Below, in pieces: positions 62,401 through 64,000 of a DNA stretch of 64,000 nt. The notes under the pieces were generated by a model. The model did no database searches and had not been told where the DNA came from. It saw nothing but the letters and a program-made list of their open reading frames with translations. The stretch's first letter is position 1. Each line of letters begins with the position of its first letter. The stretch covers positions 17,993,210-18,057,209 of the forward strand of contig JAUZTB010000072.1 in the NCBI GenBank assembly GCA_034780895.1, written 5' to 3'. The translations under genes and the position numbers were made by a program. This DNA is from Rhynchobatus australiae. Lineage: Eukaryota.

Positions 62401-63379
62401 GTAAGCATTGCCTGCTGAAACCACCTCCTGGGGGGGGGGGGAAGGGCACCAACATGGGTGGGTGGGAATGGTGGCCCATCTTTGTATCACAAATGGTCGA
62501 GAGTCTCATAGACCCCAAGTCTATGCAGAGAGAGTCTATCTGAGCCAATAACGAGCAGTAGGGATACTGGCATCACTGAGGATGGAATGTTCCAAAATAT
62601 CCATCTCTGATCACTGCCCTGCTGGAGAGGGGGTGTGTGCGCACTGTGAGCATATTGAGCTGCTCAGCACTGATGCACTGGGCTAATGGAGGGGTGTGTT
62701 CTGTTGGGTATGTTGGGACCAAAGGGTCCTCAGATCAAAGGCACCAGCCACAATGAGTGAGAACATTAAGTAGGGCCCAACCTCCAATTCCTTTCCTGTC
62801 TCCCCACTCTATGCCACCAACTTCTGCCGACCAAATTAATTTGGAATATCAGAAATATCTCAGAATCGAAGATTTTGCAAGAGCAAGTTCAGCATCCTGA
62901 TCATGGACTAAAAATTGTCTCAGGCTGATGGAGCACCCGGATTTAGCAGCCAATGAACTAAATCCTGGTACACTGGGGGTTGTATTCTGGCAGAGGTATA
63001 ACGAAGGGTATACAGTGTTACACTGAGCAATGTATTACATCAGGGNNNNNNNNNNNNNNNNNNNNNNNNNNNNNNNNNNNNNNNNNNNNNNNNNNNNNNN
63101 NNNNNNNNNNNNNNNNNNNNNNNNNNNNNNNNNNNNNNNNNNNNNATTACATCAGGGAATTACATTTAGTGATGTGCTAAATCAGTGCATTAAAGGAAAA
63201 GGTGGGTTAGGTCAGGTATCTCAAGAAGCGGTTGGTTTCATCAGTGTTACCATGATGTGTTACATCAGAGTTGCAGTGAGGGATATTTGACAGACAGTTA
63301 CTCTGAGGTGTGTTATAATGTTACAGTGAGAGGTGTGTCATGTTTGACATTACAGTGAGGTGCCAGTTACACCAGGCCC

Positions 63380-63780
63380 CTGAAACGGACAATCTGCTCC
63401 CAGCTCTGACGTGGGGTGGTATCACCAGGTGGACAGCAGAAGAAGTTCAAGGATGTGCTCTCAGCTTCCTTGCAGAGATGAACAACTGACTCCTGAGGAC
63501 CTCTGTCCCATGAGTGCTCTGGGCAGATAAAGAACATTCAGTATGGTATTGAGGGGCCCTGCATAACCAGGAAGAGGAGCCCATCACCCAGTAAACCACC
63601 CACCTGTCCACCCAGTCAGACACCTCATGCGCCATGTGTGGAAGTGTTTCGTTCCGACACTGGCCACATCAGCCACCTCAAAACCCACAAAACTCGAGTG
63701 AAAGCATCACCCTCAATCTTGAGGGACTGCCTTACAACTGTGTGTGGTATTCATATGAAACTTTTACAGTGAGAAATATT
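63380..63780 (+). mobile_element. RTE-like LINE 3' remnant
   Basis: GGTGGACAGCAGAAGAAGTTCAAGGATGTGCTC (GGQQKKFKDVL), typical of the RTE C-terminus. Confidence 0.6.
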
Positions 63781-64000
63781 CAATATCAGGTTGATAGGTT
63801 AGATCAGAGGGCTACACTGGGTGGGTGGTTGGTGGGGGAGAAGCTGCTGTCCCAGATATTAACTGAAGGGTGTGTTGGAGAGTGCATGCATTGATGGGGT
63901 CAGAGTATGTTTGGCAATGCAGCTGTGAAGGTTGATTGTTAGCCTTCCTCTTGCTTTGAATTCTGAGAGTGTGTGCATGTCTGTGTGTGTACTTGCACCT

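Noticed and set aside
62544-64000. Pax7 terminal exon 9 (TAVDYL...-type)
   Set aside because: Not found; it presumably lies beyond the window. The octapeptide exon was likewise not seen in 1-9384.

Overview
Gappy eukaryotic genomic window. The CR1, V-SINE and DeuSINE repeats point to a cartilaginous fish, probably a ray or skate (inference). The + strand carries the middle and 3' part of Pax7: four coding exons equivalent to mammalian exons 5-8 (9385-9587, 28282-28447, 29430-29629, 62154-62400), all with GT-AG sites and compatible phases. The paired-box/octapeptide exons and terminal exon 9 were not seen. The introns hold decayed LINEs and SINEs, minisatellites and several enhancer-like blocks. 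Main surprises: (1) three or four in-frame spliced exons on the - strand inside Pax7 intron 7 (30751-35474) encode a CCDC50/Ymer-like protein with MIU-type ubiquitin-binding helices. They are bracketed by two 39-bp minisatellite arrays, so they are either a real nested or interleaved antisense gene or a repeat-mediated insertion or mis-join. (2) Two separate ~175-190 bp inverted duplications of about 80% identity: one flanks a symmetric cassette exon of that antisense gene, the other is a copy of an enhancer-like block inserted inside an old CR1. (3) Two identical in-frame splice donors at the end of Pax7 exon 7. All protein comparisons are from memory and all alignments by eye; no searches were run.
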